Shown here piece by piece: positions 49,483 through 63,229 of a stretch of DNA of 64,000 nucleotides (its first letter is position 1; the number at the start of each line of letters is the position of its first letter). The DNA is from the human T2T-CHM13v2.0 reference genome, Homo sapiens: the NCBI RefSeq assembly GCF_009914755.1, contig NC_060927.1; one strand, written 5' to 3'. The position numbers and the translations under genes are program-made. The notes beneath the pieces were generated by a model. The model was not told the DNA's origin. It made no database searches and saw nothing but the letters and a program-made list of their open reading frames with translations.

Positions 49483-50241
49483 ATTACATGAGACAATGCA
49501 AGTCAAGCCATCAGCACTGTCTGCTCAGAGTACATGCTCAATGAGGGGCAGCATTATTATTAGACTGACTTGCAAAGGTCTTCTCTAAACTATGCAATAA
49601 TAATAGAGGAGGAAAATAATAGTAGGGTTTAATTCCCTAGGCCCTCTACCTAACCAAAAATTGAAAAAGATTGGTGTGGAAACCTTTGTCTTCTATTGTG
49701 TTCTACAGTGATTGATGTTAATGATACTTTTGTCTTGAATTTTCTTTGAAGCCTCAGCCAAAAAAATTATCATTTTTCTTTCCTAATAAGCAAAAAATGT
49801 TTATTGAATACCTCCCTGACTTTATGGAATACCAGAGTATTATTTTTAAGCACTTGAGGAGGAGAGTTACTCAAGAGGTGGTGGAAGTAGAAGAGGGTGG
49901 ATGTTGAGCCAAGCAAAGGCCAACTTACAATTTGTGATATATGCCATGCATAAAGAAATAACGTGAGACACTTAAAGTGGAATACATATAACAGAAATGT
50001 ATAATAATATGTAGCCCAAAAGCAAGATAGAATTGATGGGAACCATTCAAATTCCATCAAATCACAAACATTTGGTAGGCACCACGTAAGACTTTGAAGA
50101 ATAAAAGTGAATATAGGACATATAAAAATAACTATAGGAAATGATCTCTGCCCTAAGGATTTTACACAGAATAGTCTGAGAGACAGAAATATGTAGAATT
50201 CATTGTAAACACAAACAAAACAATTTAAAGCAAATGCCATG

Positions 50242-52550
50242 TGATATGGTTTGGCAGTGTCCCCACCCAAATCTCATCTTGAATTGTAACTCCCACAATT
50301 CCCACATGTCATGGGAGGAACCCAGTGAGAGGTGACTGAATTACAGGGACAAGTCTTTGCTGTGCTGTTCTTGTGATAGTGAATGAGTCTCATGAGATCT
50401 GATGGTTTTAAAAAGGAGAGTTTCCCTGCACAAGCTCTCTTCTCTTGTCTGCTGCCATGTGAGATGTGCCTTTCACCTTCTGCCATGATTATGAGACCTC
50501 TCCAGCCACGTGGAACTGTAAGTCCAATAAGCCTCCTTCTTTTGTTAATTGCCCAGGCTTGGATATGATTTTATCAACAGCATGAATACGGATTAGTACA
50601 GTAAATTGGTACCAATAGAGTGGGAGCACTGCTGAAAAGATACCTGAAAATGTGGAAGCGATGTTGGAACTGAGTATCAGGCAGACATTGGAACAGTTTG
50701 GAGGGCTCAAAAGAAGACAGGAAAATGTGGGAAAGTTTGGAACTTCCTAGAGACTTGTTGAATGGCTTTGCCCAAAATGCTGATGGCAATATGGACAATA
50801 AGGTCCAGGTCCAGACTGAGGTGGTAGCAGCTGGAAATGAGGAACTTGTTGGGAACTGGAGCAAAGGTGACTCTTGTTATGTTTTAGCAAAGAGACTGGT
50901 GGCATTTTGCCCCTGCCCTAGAGATCTGTGGAACTTTGAACTTGAGAGAGATGGTTTAGGGTATCTGGCAGAAGAAATTTCTAAGCAGCAAAGCACTCAA
51001 GAGGTAACTTGGGTGCTTTTAAAGGCATTCAGTTTTATAAGGAAAGCAGAGCCTAAAAGTTCAGAAAATATGTAGCCTGACAATGCAAGAGAAAAGAAAA
51101 TCCAATTTTCTGAGGAGAAAGTCAAGCCAGCTGCAGAAATTTGCATAAGTAACCAGAAGCCGAGTGTTAATCCCCAAGACAATGGGGAAAATGTCTCCAG
51201 GGCATGTCAGAGGTCTTCACAGCAGCTTCTATCACCACAGGCCCGGAGGCCTAGGAGGAAAAAATGGTTTAGTGGGCCAGGCCCAGGTTGCCCATGCTGT
51301 GTGCAGCCTAGGGACTTGGTGCTCTGCGTGCCAGCTGCCACAGCTGTGACTAAAAGGGACCAAGGTACAACTCAGGCTACAGCTTCAGAGGGTGCAAACC
51401 CCAAACCTTAGCAGCTTCCATGTGGTGTTGAGCCTGTGAGTGCACAGAAGTCAAGAACTGGGGTTTGGGAAGCTCTGCCTAGATTTCAGAGGATGTATGG
51501 AAACGCCTGGATGTCCAGGCAGAAGTTTGCTGCAGGGGCAGGGCTCTCATGGAGAACCTCTGCTAGGGCAGTGCGGAAGGGAAATGTGAGGTTAGAGCCC
51601 CCACACAGAGTCCCCACTGGGGCACCACCTAGTGGAGGTGTGAGAAGAAGGCCACCATCCTCCAGACCCCAGAATGGTGGATCCCACTGACAGCTTGCGC
51701 TATGTACCTGGAAAAGCTGCAGACACTCAATGCCAGCCCATGAAAGCAGCTGGGAGGGAGGCTGTACCCTGCAGAGCCACAGGAGCAGAGCTGCCCAAGA
51801 CCATGGGAACCCACCTCTTGCATCAGCGTGACCCAGATGCGAGATATAGAGTCAAAGGAGATCATTTTGGACCTTTTAGATTTGACTGCCCTGCTGGATT
51901 TTGGACTTGCATGGGGACTTTAGCCCCTTTGTTTTGGCCAATTTCTTCCATTTGGAATGGCTGTATTTACCCAATACCTATACACCCAATGTGCCTTTAC
52001 CCCCATTGTATCTAGGAAGCAACTAACTTGCTTTGATTTTACAGGCTTATAGGTGGAAGAGACTTGCCTTGTCTCAGATAAGTCATTGGACTGTGGACTT
52101 TTGAGTTAATGCTGAAATGATTTAAGACTTTAGGGGACTGTTGGGAAGGCATGATTGGTTTTGAAATCTGAGGACATGAGATTTGGGAGGTGCCAGGGGT
52201 GGAATGATATGGTTTGGCTGTGTCCCTACCCAAATCTCTTGAATTGTAACTCTCACATGTCATGAGAGGAACCTGGTGGGAGGTGACTGAATTATGGGGG
52301 CAGATCTTTCTGTGCTGTTCTTGTGATAGTGAATGAGTCTCACAAGATCTGATGGTTTTTAAAAGGGGAGTTTCCCTGCACAAGCTCTCTTCTCTTGTCT
52401 GCCCCCATGTGAGATGTGCCTTTCACCTTCTACCATGATTGTGAGACCTCCCCAGCCATGCGGATCTGTGAGTCCAATAAGCCTCTTTCTTTTGTAAATT
52501 GCCCAGTCTTGGGTGTGTCTTTATCAGCAGCATGAAATCGGCCAAATACA
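50242..52550 (+). mobile_element. Full-length THE1 (THE1B-like) MaLR element: LTR 50242-50600, internal 50601-52204, LTR 52205-52550
   Basis: Both LTRs run tgatatggtttgg...taca; THE1-int start gtaaattggtacc; purine tract before the 3' LTR; 5-bp flanks ccatg/ctgtg. Confidence 0.95.
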
Positions 52551-53540
52551 CTGTGGTAAAATAGAATAGAAAGCAGCTGATGCAAGTTAGGGAGGTCAGT
52601 TTGCAGAAGTGATATTGGTTGGTATTGGTCTTACCTTTCTCTAAGTGGTGAAAGGAAGATAAGCATAAGACACTGAGAATACCAGTAGTCAAGATAATGA
52701 GATGTGGAAGAGCATCAGTCTTCCAGGGATGGCAAGCTGTCTGGAGTGATTTGAGTATAGAAGGTTGTGAGGAATGACGGAAAAGAAGGAAATGGACCCA
52801 GAAAGTCAAGGGCTGTCAGATGTTAAGGAGGGGAAACCATGCTAACAAACCGAATAAGGAAAGGACCTTTGGGGAGCTTCCACGAGAACATATTCACTAT
52901 TATGTATCATCCCTTGTGGGGTTATTGATGACTTGTTTGGGCCAGAGGGTAACCAAATGTCCCGGGAATGTTGCTGAACTTGTGTTGAGACAACTGGTAG
53001 AGGTCTCAGACTAAGGAGATGAGGGAAGATATAACTCAGAGAGCAATTAAAACTTCTTGCCTGAGGAGTGAAATCATGAAAATTGTGTTTGGGGAAGGTC
53101 AGACAAATACAGTAGTTATGAAGGTGAGAGGGGAATTGACTAGAGGCCAGGAATTAGGCTTCAAGACAATCTGAAGGAGTCTGTTTGTGTGTGTGGTCTG
53201 GCTAGGGAAATGGTTAGGAAGTACTGAGATAGGAAAGAAACAACAGAGGAGTAAGTGGAAGGATTAGAAAAGAAATATGTAGGTGTCAAGGGAAGGAGAG
53301 GAGTAAATATACTATATAGAATCCCCAAAGTAGTGCTGTATAACCATATATATCTGAAGGATGCTATGACTCAGGTTGGGCTTTTGGTTCCTTTTGGGTT
53401 CCTGTACTGTACTACTGTTCTGCTTTTAAAAAAGGAAGAAAGGAAGAAAGGAAGGAAGGGAAAGAGGGAGAGAAAGAGGAAGAAAAAAACACTATCTTGC
53501 TATCTCATTGAAAGTCTTCTTTCCTTATTTCCTTAATTTT

Positions 53541-53576
<36 letters not shown>

Positions 53577-53861
53577 TTTTTGAGACAGAGTCTGGCTCTG
53601 TCATCCAGCTGTAGTGCAGTGGTGCCATCTCGGCTCACTGCAACCTCTACCTCATGGGTTCAAGTGGTTCTTGTGCCTTAGCCTCCTGAGAGCTGAAATT
53701 ACAGGCATGCACCACCATGCCCAGCTAATTTTTGTATTTTTAGTAGAAATGGGGTCTCACCATGTTGGCCAGGCTGGTCTTGAACTCCTGACCTCAAGTG
53801 ATTCACCCACCTTGGCCTCTCAAAGTGCTAGGATTACAGGTGTGAGCCTTCAGACCCAGCC
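53541..53861 (-). mobile_element. AluSx/Sz with (TTTA)n tail
   Basis: Dimer; TSD-like tatttcct(t)aatttt on both sides. Confidence 0.92.
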
Positions 53862-54319
53862 TATTTCCTAATTTTAATTCCATACAATCATAACTTCTTT
53901 ATTGGGTATATAGATCCTGCACTAAGGAAGGGAATTTCTGCATAAAGGAACTAAAAAGGATTAATTTCCCTCACTTAAGTTTGCAACAACTAAAGCAGAA
54001 AGGAAATAGGCTTTTATTGTTTGGAGCTTTGTGAGCAAATCTACAGTGGAATTTTTGTTATTTATAAATTGGAGTATTCTAAAGATGACTGTGGAGCAAG
54101 CTTTGTCATCTGTGGGCATGATAGGCCACTTCTAAACCCAATCTTGTTAATTAGGGATGCAACCTCTTCTCAGTCTGTTGTCTTAAGCTGAAAACATCAA
54201 AAGCCATGATGTTTTCTATACGCTTTGACTAAACTCTCTAAGAATTTATTATTAAAATTTTGTGTGGTTATATCCGAAGATTTTGTTGCATGGGTATTTC
54301 GTCATCAGTAGTAAAAGGG

Positions 54320-54460
54320 GGCACATACCTTGGTGCATACCTATAATCCCAGCTGCTCAAAAGGCTGAGACAGACGGATCCCTTGAGCCCTGGAGTTAGA
54401 ATCCAGCCTGGGCAACCAACATAGTATGACCTCATCTTTAAAAAAAAAAAAAAAAAAAAG
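54320..54460 (+). mobile_element. Alu monomer (FLAM-like)
   Basis: ggtgcatacctataatcccagctgctc...cttgagccctggagtt...ccagcctgggcaac followed by an A tail. Confidence 0.75.
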
Positions 54461-54942
54461 GAAAAGGAGGGCAATCTAAGTTTCTCATAAAATGGAATTA
54501 GTTAAATAAATTATGATGCAGCCATATGATATACAATGAAATATTCTACAGCCTAATAAAATCTTATATCAACACATTATTTAATATCATAATGTTCACA
54601 ATATGGTGTTAAATGAAAAGGTACATTAAAAATAGTCTGTACTGCATAATCCTATTTTTATAAAAATTAATTATATGCATATATGTTTGTGCATAGAACA
54701 AAGAATTGAAGAATATTCATTAAAATATAAGTTATCTTTGTAGGAGGTTTTTTGGCTTTCAAAAATAGACACTTTATTATTGACAGTAGTGAAAAACCAA
54801 AGCTACTTAAATGCTCAACAATATAAAGTGGCCAGATAAATTAGGGTACATGCAGAAGCTGAAATACTTTAATGTCATTAAAATTATGGTTCTTGGAAAA
54901 TTTTAGTAATGCCCAAAGTTGTCCATAATGTAATATTAACTG

Positions 54943-54944
<2 letters not shown>

Positions 54945-54987
<43 letters not shown>
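54945..54987. repeat. (TA)n(CA)n microsatellite
   Basis: Seen directly. Confidence 0.95.
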
Positions 54988-55005
54988 TTTGGACAGTTGC
55001 CAAGG

Positions 55006-55151
55006 GCTTGGACAGTTGCCCTTTGAACGCTAATACACCTGTGATGAGAAGGGAAGTATCTTTTATAGAAAGAAGAAGCTACTTGAGAGAGAAAGAGAGA
55101 CAGAGCTATCTCTGTTGTTAGAAGGAAAGCTTTATGACAACATGTTTTCAG
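55006..55151 (+). repeat. Dispersed direct duplicate (about 146 bp) of 58132-58574, where the second copy is split by an Alu
   Basis: Shared gcttgg(a/g)cagttgccctttgaa...cctgtgatgagaaggga...tctctgttgttagaaggaaagc...atgacaacatgttttcag. Confidence 0.92.
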
Positions 55152-55394
55152 GTTTAATGGTTCTAATTTTAAAATATATGTATATACATAAACACACACA
55201 CACGTGAATACTTTAAGTATATATGGATATATACCCAAATATTTTCCGTATTTTCCATATTTGGGTATGTTTAAATACATGTTTTCCACATATATTTGGA
55301 CATGTTTTACCTGTGTAATTAAAAAAATAAAGTTCTGTGTCTTATAATAAAACACAGAACCATGTAACCAGTTCTCAGACTTAAGAGCAATACA

Positions 55395-57692
55395 TTTTTT
55401 AATATAATTTCAGCTTTTGTTTTAGATTCAGGGGGGTATATGTGCAGGTTTGTTACCTGCTATATGGCATGATGCTGAGGTTTGAGATATGAATGATCCC
55501 ATCACCCAGGTAGTGAGCATAGTATCCAATAGGTAGTCTTTCAACCCTAGCCCATCTCCCTCCTTCCCCCTTTAGTAGTCCCCAGTGTCTATTGTTCCCA
55601 TCTTTATGTCTATGAGTACCCATTGTTTATCCCCCACTTATAAGTGAAAACATATAGTATTTGGTTTTCTGTTTCTGCATTAATTCACTTGGGAACATGG
55701 CCTCCAGCCGCATCCATGTTGCTGCAAAGGACATGATATTGTTCCTTTTTGTAGCTGCATACTAGTCCGTGGTGTGTATGCATCACATTTTCTTTATCCA
55801 ATACATTGTTGGTGGGCACCTAGATTGATTCCATGTATTTGCTATTGTGAATAGGGCAGCAATGAATATTTGAGTGCATGTGTCTTTTTGGTAGAATTAT
55901 GTATTTTCTTTGGAGTATATATCCAGTAGAGGGATTGCTGGGTTGAATGGTACTTACCAAGTTCTTTGAGAAATCTCCTGACTGCTTTCCATCATGGCTA
56001 AACTATTTTACATTCCCACCAACAGTGTATAAGCATTCCCTTTTCTCCATAGCCTTACCAACTTCTATTGTTTTTTGACTTCATAATAATAGCCATTCTG
56101 ACTGGTGTGAGATAGCATCTCATTGTGGTTTTGATTTGCCTTTCTCTGATGATTAGTGATGTTGAGCATTTTTTTTCATGTTTGTTGGCCAAATTTGTGT
56201 GTCTTCTTTTGAGAAGTGTTTGATTGTTTTCTCTTCCCACTTTTTAATGGGGTTGTTTCATGCTGGTTGAATTATTTATGTTCCTTATAGATTCGGGATA
56301 TTAGACCTTTGTTAGATGCATAGTTTGTGAATATTTTCTCCTATTCTGTAGGTTGTCTGTTTACTCTGTTGGTAGTTGCTTTCGTTGTGTAGAAGCTCTT
56401 TGGATTAATTAGGTTCCACTTGTCAATTTTTGTTTTTGTTGCAATTGCTTTTGAGGACTTAAACATAAATTCTTTCCCAAGGCTGATGTCCAGAATGATG
56501 TTTCCTAGATTTTCTTTCAGGGTTCTTATGGATTGAGGTCTTACATTTAAATCTTTCTTTAATCCATCTTGAGTTGATTTTTGTATATGGGAAAGGTAGA
56601 GGCCCAGTTTCATAGTTCTGCATATGGCTAGCCAGCTATCTCAGCACTATTTATTGACTAGGAAGTCCTTTCCCCATTGCTTGTTTTCGTTGACTGTGTT
56701 GAAGATCAGATGGCTGTAGGTGTACGACTTTATTTCTGGGTTCTATATTCTGTTCTGTTGGTCTATGTGTCTATTTTTGTACAAGTACCGTGCTGTTTTG
56801 GTTACTGTAGATTTATAGTATAGTTTGAAGTCAGGTAATGTGATGCCCCTGGCTTCATTAATTTTGCTTAGGGTTGCTTTGGTTATTCAGGCTCTTTTTT
56901 GGTTTCATATAAATATTAGAATAGTTTTTTCTAATTCTGTGAGAAATAACATTGGTGGTTTGAAATGGATATCACTGAATCTATCGATTGCTTTGGGCAG
57001 TATGGCCTTTTTAACAATATTGATTTTTCCAATCCATGAGCATGGAATTTTTTCCCACTTATGTGTGTCATCTCTGGTTTCTTTCAAAAGTGGTTTGTAG
57101 TTCTCCTTGTGTAGATCTTTCATCTTCTTGGTTAGATGTACTCCTAGCTATTTTATTTTTTGTGGCTATTGTTAATGGGATTACATTCTTGATTGGGCTC
57201 TCAGCTTGAATGTTATTGGTGTATAGAAATGCTTCTAATTTTGTGCATTGATTTTGTATCCTGGAACTTTGCTGAAGTCATTTATCAGTTTCAGGAGCCT
57301 TTTGGTGGAGTCTTTAGTGTTTTCTAGGTATAGAATCATATCATCAGTGAAGAGAGATGATTTGACTTCTTTTCCTATTTAAATGCCTTTTATTTCTTTG
57401 TCTTGCCTGTTGCTCTGGGTAGGACTTCCAGTACCATGTTGAATAGGAGTAGTGAGAGTAGGTGTCCTTGTCTTGTTTCAGTTTCCAAGAGAAATGCTTT
57501 CATCTTTTGTCCATTCAGTATGATGTTGGCTGTGGGTTGTCATATATGGCTCTTATTATTTTGAGGTAAATTCCTTTGATGCCTAGCTTGTTGAGGGTTT
57601 TAATCATGAAGGGATGTTGGATTTTATCAAAGGCTTTTTCTGCGTCAATTGAGATTATCATATGATTTTTAATTCTGTTTATGTGGTAAATC
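55395..57692 (-). mobile_element. 5'-truncated L1PA16/17-like element
   Basis: 3' UTR tttagattcagggggtatatgtgcaggtttgttac...gatgctgaggtttg; decayed ORF2 (ORF track 56055-57123). Confidence 0.88.
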
Positions 57693-58191
57693 TAATAGTT
57701 ATCTTTGGATGGTGATTTTTATATTCTTCTTTGGCCTTTATATTTTCTAGAATAAATATACAGAAAATAATACTTCTTAAATAAAGGAAAAGTACTTAAA
57801 ATATCCTTTTAATGGCATTTCAGTATACTTTTATTTTGAAGCTTAAAGCATCAATATATTTGTCACACTCAAGTGGTGGCTAAAGCATTTTTTAAAACAA
57901 TTTCTTTAATTATTTATTTAAGTGAAATTCATCCCAACAAGAATGGCTCTCAAAAGAAAGAAAAATGAATACTTTGTCATTTAGAAATATTTTATTTTCC
58001 TGTAACGATGCAGTCAGAATAACTATTTTGGTCTTTTTGTTCAATCTGACAGCTCAACATTTCTTGGGTATACATGTGTAATCCATAGGTAGTGAATTTG
58101 GAAGAAGTAAAGAGATGAAAAGGGACTTTCTGCTTGGGCAGTTGCCCTTTGAATTGCTAGTATACCTGTGATGAGAAGGGAAATATCTTTT

Positions 58192-58474
58192 TCTTTTTTT
58201 GAGACGGAGTCTCACACTGTCCTGCAGGCTGAGTGGTATGATCTCAGCTGACTACAACCTCCGCCTCCCAGGTTCAAGCGATTCTCCTGCCTCAGCCTCC
58301 CAAGTAGCTGGGACTACAGGCACATGCCACCACGCCCAGCTAATTTTTGTATTTTTAGTAGAGACAAGGTTTCACCATGTTGGCCAGGATAGTCTCGATC
58401 TCTTGACCTCGTGATCCACCTGCCTCTGCCTCCCAAAATGCTGGGATTACAGATGTGAACCACTGCACCCGGCT
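58192..58474 (-). mobile_element. AluSc
   Basis: gtctcgatctcttgacctcgtgatcc; TSD gggaaat(a/g)tctttt at 58178-58191 and 58475-58488. Confidence 0.92.
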
Positions 58475-58819
58475 GGGAAATGTCTTTTATAGAAAGAAGC
58501 TACTTGGAAGAGAAAGAGAGAGATAGAGGGATCTCTGTTGTTAGAAGGAAAGCTCTATGACAACATGTTTTCAGACTAGAGATGAAAAAATTACTTTCCA
58601 AAAAGCTGAACTGAGATTACAAAATGATAGGGGTGTGACTCTCAGAGCATCCTGGGCAATGTGATAAGCAAGGAAGCATGGCAAGTGTGTGGCAGAGAAC
58701 TCAGCAGAACCCGAACTGGTCATTCTCCCCACGGCCATGTGACTCTGAGAAGACGCCTGAGACATATCCCGGGAATGGAAAGTAGAGAGAGAAAGAGAAA
58801 GCCAAGCCTTGAGAAGTCT

Positions 58820-58824
<5 letters not shown>

Positions 58825-58869
<45 letters not shown>
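58825..58869. repeat. (CT)n(GT)n microsatellite
   Basis: Seen directly. Confidence 0.95.
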
Positions 58870-59530
58870 AAAAATGGCATATGAAAAAAGCCAGAAATAC
58901 GTAATTTGATTTGGTATGCTAATCAAGTTGTGATCCTTAATGAAAAGAGTTATGGCTTCTCCATCAGTCAACCCAGTGAAAGATTAAATACTGCAGATGA
59001 GAGGTTAGAGGATAATGGCACAGTGACCACAGGAGTAAGGGAGATACTACAACCATGGAAAATGAGGGTTGTCTTTCATACCATACCAGATTAAACGTCC
59101 TAATGCACAGCTCTAATCAGATTATAATACTCCCTCCTCAGAAACCTTTCATGCCTCCCATCCCACCACACCCCAGGGCCTATTGAAGGAAGCTCAGATT
59201 TCCTGGCCTGGCATACAAAGTGTTTCAAGGTCTGGCATCAACCTCCTTTAAAACTTTACCTCCCAGTGCTCTCTTTCACACTGTGTGTGCTGCAGCCAAA
59301 CAGGATTCTACACTGGACACATCCTGGCTTCCCCACTTTTCTACTTTGTACACACTGTTTTCTCTACCTGGAAGGCTCTTCTTCATTGTTGTGTAACCAC
59401 ATTCAGCTATCCGTGAAAGCTCCATCTCATGTGTCATTAGTATAAAAAGCTTCACTTGGTTCCTTCCTGGGCTGCAAATAATTTCTCCCATTCTCATTCC
59501 CTCATTTGTACTTCTCCTAGTGCTATTTTA

Positions 59531-59901
<371 letters not shown>

Positions 59902-60039
59902 CTAGAAATACAACTGCACACATACACAAACACACACAAATAAATTTCATGTCCTCAAGAAGCAATTAGTGTAAATGGGAAATAAGAAGCTAAATAATAG
60001 TTCATTATGAATTTGTGTGAAAAAAATAAAGAAGAGAAG

Positions 60040-60900
60040 CATATTCTAAATCCACCAATGTCCCAAAGAAATGATTAGATCATCCAGTTGGTCATTTGGA
60101 AGTCCTGTCATTCCCTTAACCCACACATCCAGCCTACTGGCAAGCCTGTAAACTGCATTTCCAAAACATATCGTGAATTGGTCCCCTTTTCTCCATTTCC
60201 ACTACTGCCACCATCTCTTGCCCTATCAGTCTCCCTAATAGTCTCTGCTTGCAGTCCTGCCTTCCTGCAACCATTCTCCACAGAAAAGTCAGGGAGAGCT
60301 TTCTAAAACGTTAATCAAATCATATCTTCTTACTGCTTATAACTTACTCCAATGATTTCCAACTATTCGTAAAACCAGCAGCTCTTTCCATGGCCTACAA
60401 AGTCTTGCATGATCCAACATCCGCTTCCCTCACCAGCTTCATTCTCCATCTCTCTCATGCCCTCCACTACTTTTCACCCTCATTGATCTCATTTCCATTC
60501 TTAGATATGCCAAACTTGTCTAATCTTGGCATTTTTCATCATCTTTTCCTCTAGCCTGGAACATTCTGCCCGTGGATCTCCTCATGGCTCTTCTCATTTT
60601 CCGTTATTAACAATGAAGATGTATGCTCTCCTCTGATTGCTTAAATACCACTTCTCTGACCGTCCTACTTCAAGAAAACACCCACACCCTACTACCCTCT
60701 ATTACGTCCCTGTGTGTGTGTGTGTGTGTTCTTCGTAGAAATTTTGAAATTGGAAATTATCTTGTTTAGTAATTTACCCGCTGCCTGTCACCCCCACTAC
60801 AAAACAGGGAATTGTTTATTTCACATCTGCCTATCAACTAAGTTTATCATATTCCCTGGCATCTTGTAGGCACACAATAAGTATTTTTGAATAGTATTAA
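60040..60900 (+). mobile_element. L2 fragment
   Basis: Pyrimidine-rich L2 motifs (ccatggcctacaaagtcttgcatgatc, ctagcctggaacattctgccc, gtaggcacacaataagtatttttgaat). Confidence 0.6.
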
Positions 60901-60924
60901 TCACAGCTTTCATCTATGTAATAC

Positions 60925-61150
60925 CAAATGTGTGTCAGGCACTGTTCTAGCACTTTACATATATTAACTTATTTAATCTTTACAATAATCCTATAAGATG
61001 GATACTAATATTATCTCTTTTTACAGATAAGAAAATAAAGGTATTGAGAGGCTAAGTAACCTAAAGTTAAATAACTCTTAAATGTCAGAACTAGGATGCA
61101 AACTCAGAGTATGACTCCAGTGCCCTTGCTCTTAATCCCTGTATAATACT
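60925..61150 (-). mobile_element. MIR
   Basis: tgtgtcaggcactgttctagcactttacatatattaac...ttttacagataagaaaataaagg. Confidence 0.7.
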
Positions 61151-62476
61151 ACTTCTGCAAATGAAATTAATGTTGAACTCTGCTTGTATGGAAGGGAAAA
61201 TCACTCAGAGGAAAAAAAACGCTACAGTGAAATTTAGGACAACCAAGAGTTTGCCAGAGAATAAAGGCACAAGAGGCATTCCAAGCTGAGGGAAGAGTGT
61301 ATACAAAAGCATGCATTTATCCTTTTCTGCCTTTTGCAATAGTCATTTGTGCATATCTTCTTTTTTGCAATTGTATATACCTTAAATTTAAATAGTATTT
61401 ATTTATGTACCTGCATGCCCTGAGTGGTGCATATACATTAGTTTTCGACATCTTTTTCTGGAAAGAGCTATGAACACAAATCCAGGGGGAAAATGTGTTC
61501 TTACCCCATTCTAGAATTTCAAGTCTCTATGACCTCGTAAATGCTCTCTGAGCCTTAGTTTCCTCACCAGTAGAATGCGAAAGATAACCCTTCGTATCAG
61601 GATTCTGGGTGCCGTCAAAGAAATTATGATATGAAAGGCAGGTGCATCTATAAAGCACAAAAGAAACATTCATGTTCTCATCTGCATACAGCTTAATTTA
61701 GCTTAGTAATTCCTTATTTTTCCTCACACCTTAAAGTCCAGGTCTTTCAAAACTGGATTTTCTTTCTTGACTCAGCTGACTTAATGGGGCTAGATGACTC
61801 CTTTGGGTTGTTCAGTAAAGCTTTATTTTGATGAGACTCAATTCTTTACTAATCCTACTACCTTCCATAGTGTATAACTGAGATATTGATTGGAATTGCA
61901 TTAATCTGTGAATCAATTTGAGGACAAATGACATCTTAATATTAAATCTTTCAATCCATGAACATGCTATATTCTTCCATTAAATTAAGTTTTTAAAAAT
62001 TCTCCCAGTTGTGATTATTCTGTTTGTAGAGGTCCTGTACATCTTTTCTAAGCATTTAATGATTTTTGATGCTATCGCCTATAATATCACTTCTTAAGTT
62101 TATTTTCTAGTTGGTTTTTGCTGCTATGTAGAAATACAATTTATTTTTATATATTGACTTTATAGCCAACATTCTTTTAAAACATTAATTCTAAGAACTT
62201 ATTTGTATAATATTTTGTATTTTCTACATACACAATTATGTCATCTGCAAATAATGATAATATTATTTCTTCCTTTCTAAACATTATACCTTTTATTTTT
62301 CTTGCCTTATTCCATTGCCCAAGCACCCCCAATACAATGCTGAAAAGTAGTAATAGAGGGCATCCATGTGTCATTGTACATTTCAGAGGGAACTTTTTCA
62401 AGATTTTATCATATGTTATCATACTTTCTGTAGGTTTTTTGTAGATGCGTCTTCTCAGTTTAAGGAAGTTCCCTCC

Positions 62477-62876
62477 TGTCTTAGTCTTTTCAGGCTGCCA
62501 TTTAAAAAATGCTACAGACTGGGTGTCTTAAACAACAGAAATTAATTTTCTCATAATTCTGAAGCCTGGAAGTCTGAGATCAGGGTGCCAGCATGGTCAG
62601 GTTCTGAGAAGGGTTTTCTTCCTGGTTTTCAGACTGCCGTCTTCTCACTGTGTCCTCACATGGCCTTTCCATGATGTGTGTATGTGGAGAAAAAGAGAGC
62701 AAGCTCTCTGGTATCTCTTCTTTAAAGGGGACTATTGCCACCCTGAAAGCCCTACCCTTATGACCTCATTTAACCCTTATTACCTTCCGAAGACCTAATC
62801 TCCAAATACCATCACGTTGGGGGATAGGACTCCAACATATGAATTTCAGAGGGACACAAACATTCCATCCATAACA
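62477..62876 (-). mobile_element. MLT1A/MLT1A0 solo LTR
   Basis: tgtcttagtc...gggacacaaacattccatccataaca with TG...CA ends, inserted in L1M aggaagttccct|tatttctggtttgctg. Confidence 0.85.
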
Positions 62877-63173
62877 CCGCTTATTTCTGGTTTGCTGAAA
62901 ATGTTTAACATGAGTGGGTGTTGAATTTTATCCACTGCTATTTCTGGACCTATTAAAATTACCACATGATTTTTCTCCCAATTATTTCACTAATGTGATG
63001 ATTTAAAAGAAATAATTTTCAAATATTAAACCAGCCTTGCGTTACTGAAATAAGCTCAGCCTGGTCATAATATATTACCTTTGTAAGCATTCCTAGATTT
63101 GGTCTGCTAATATTTTGCTTGGAATTTTTGTATCTATGTTCCCGAGAAAAAGAGGAAAGAAATAAACAAGGAA

Positions 63174-63176
<3 letters not shown>

Positions 63177-63226
<50 letters not shown>
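63177..63226. repeat. (GA)n microsatellite
   Basis: Seen directly. Confidence 0.95.

Positions 63227-63229
<3 letters not shown>

Noticed and set aside
49129-49588. Two paralogous small ORFs as a tandem gene pair
   Set aside because: A by-product of the 172-bp duplication of L3/MIR-derived DNA.
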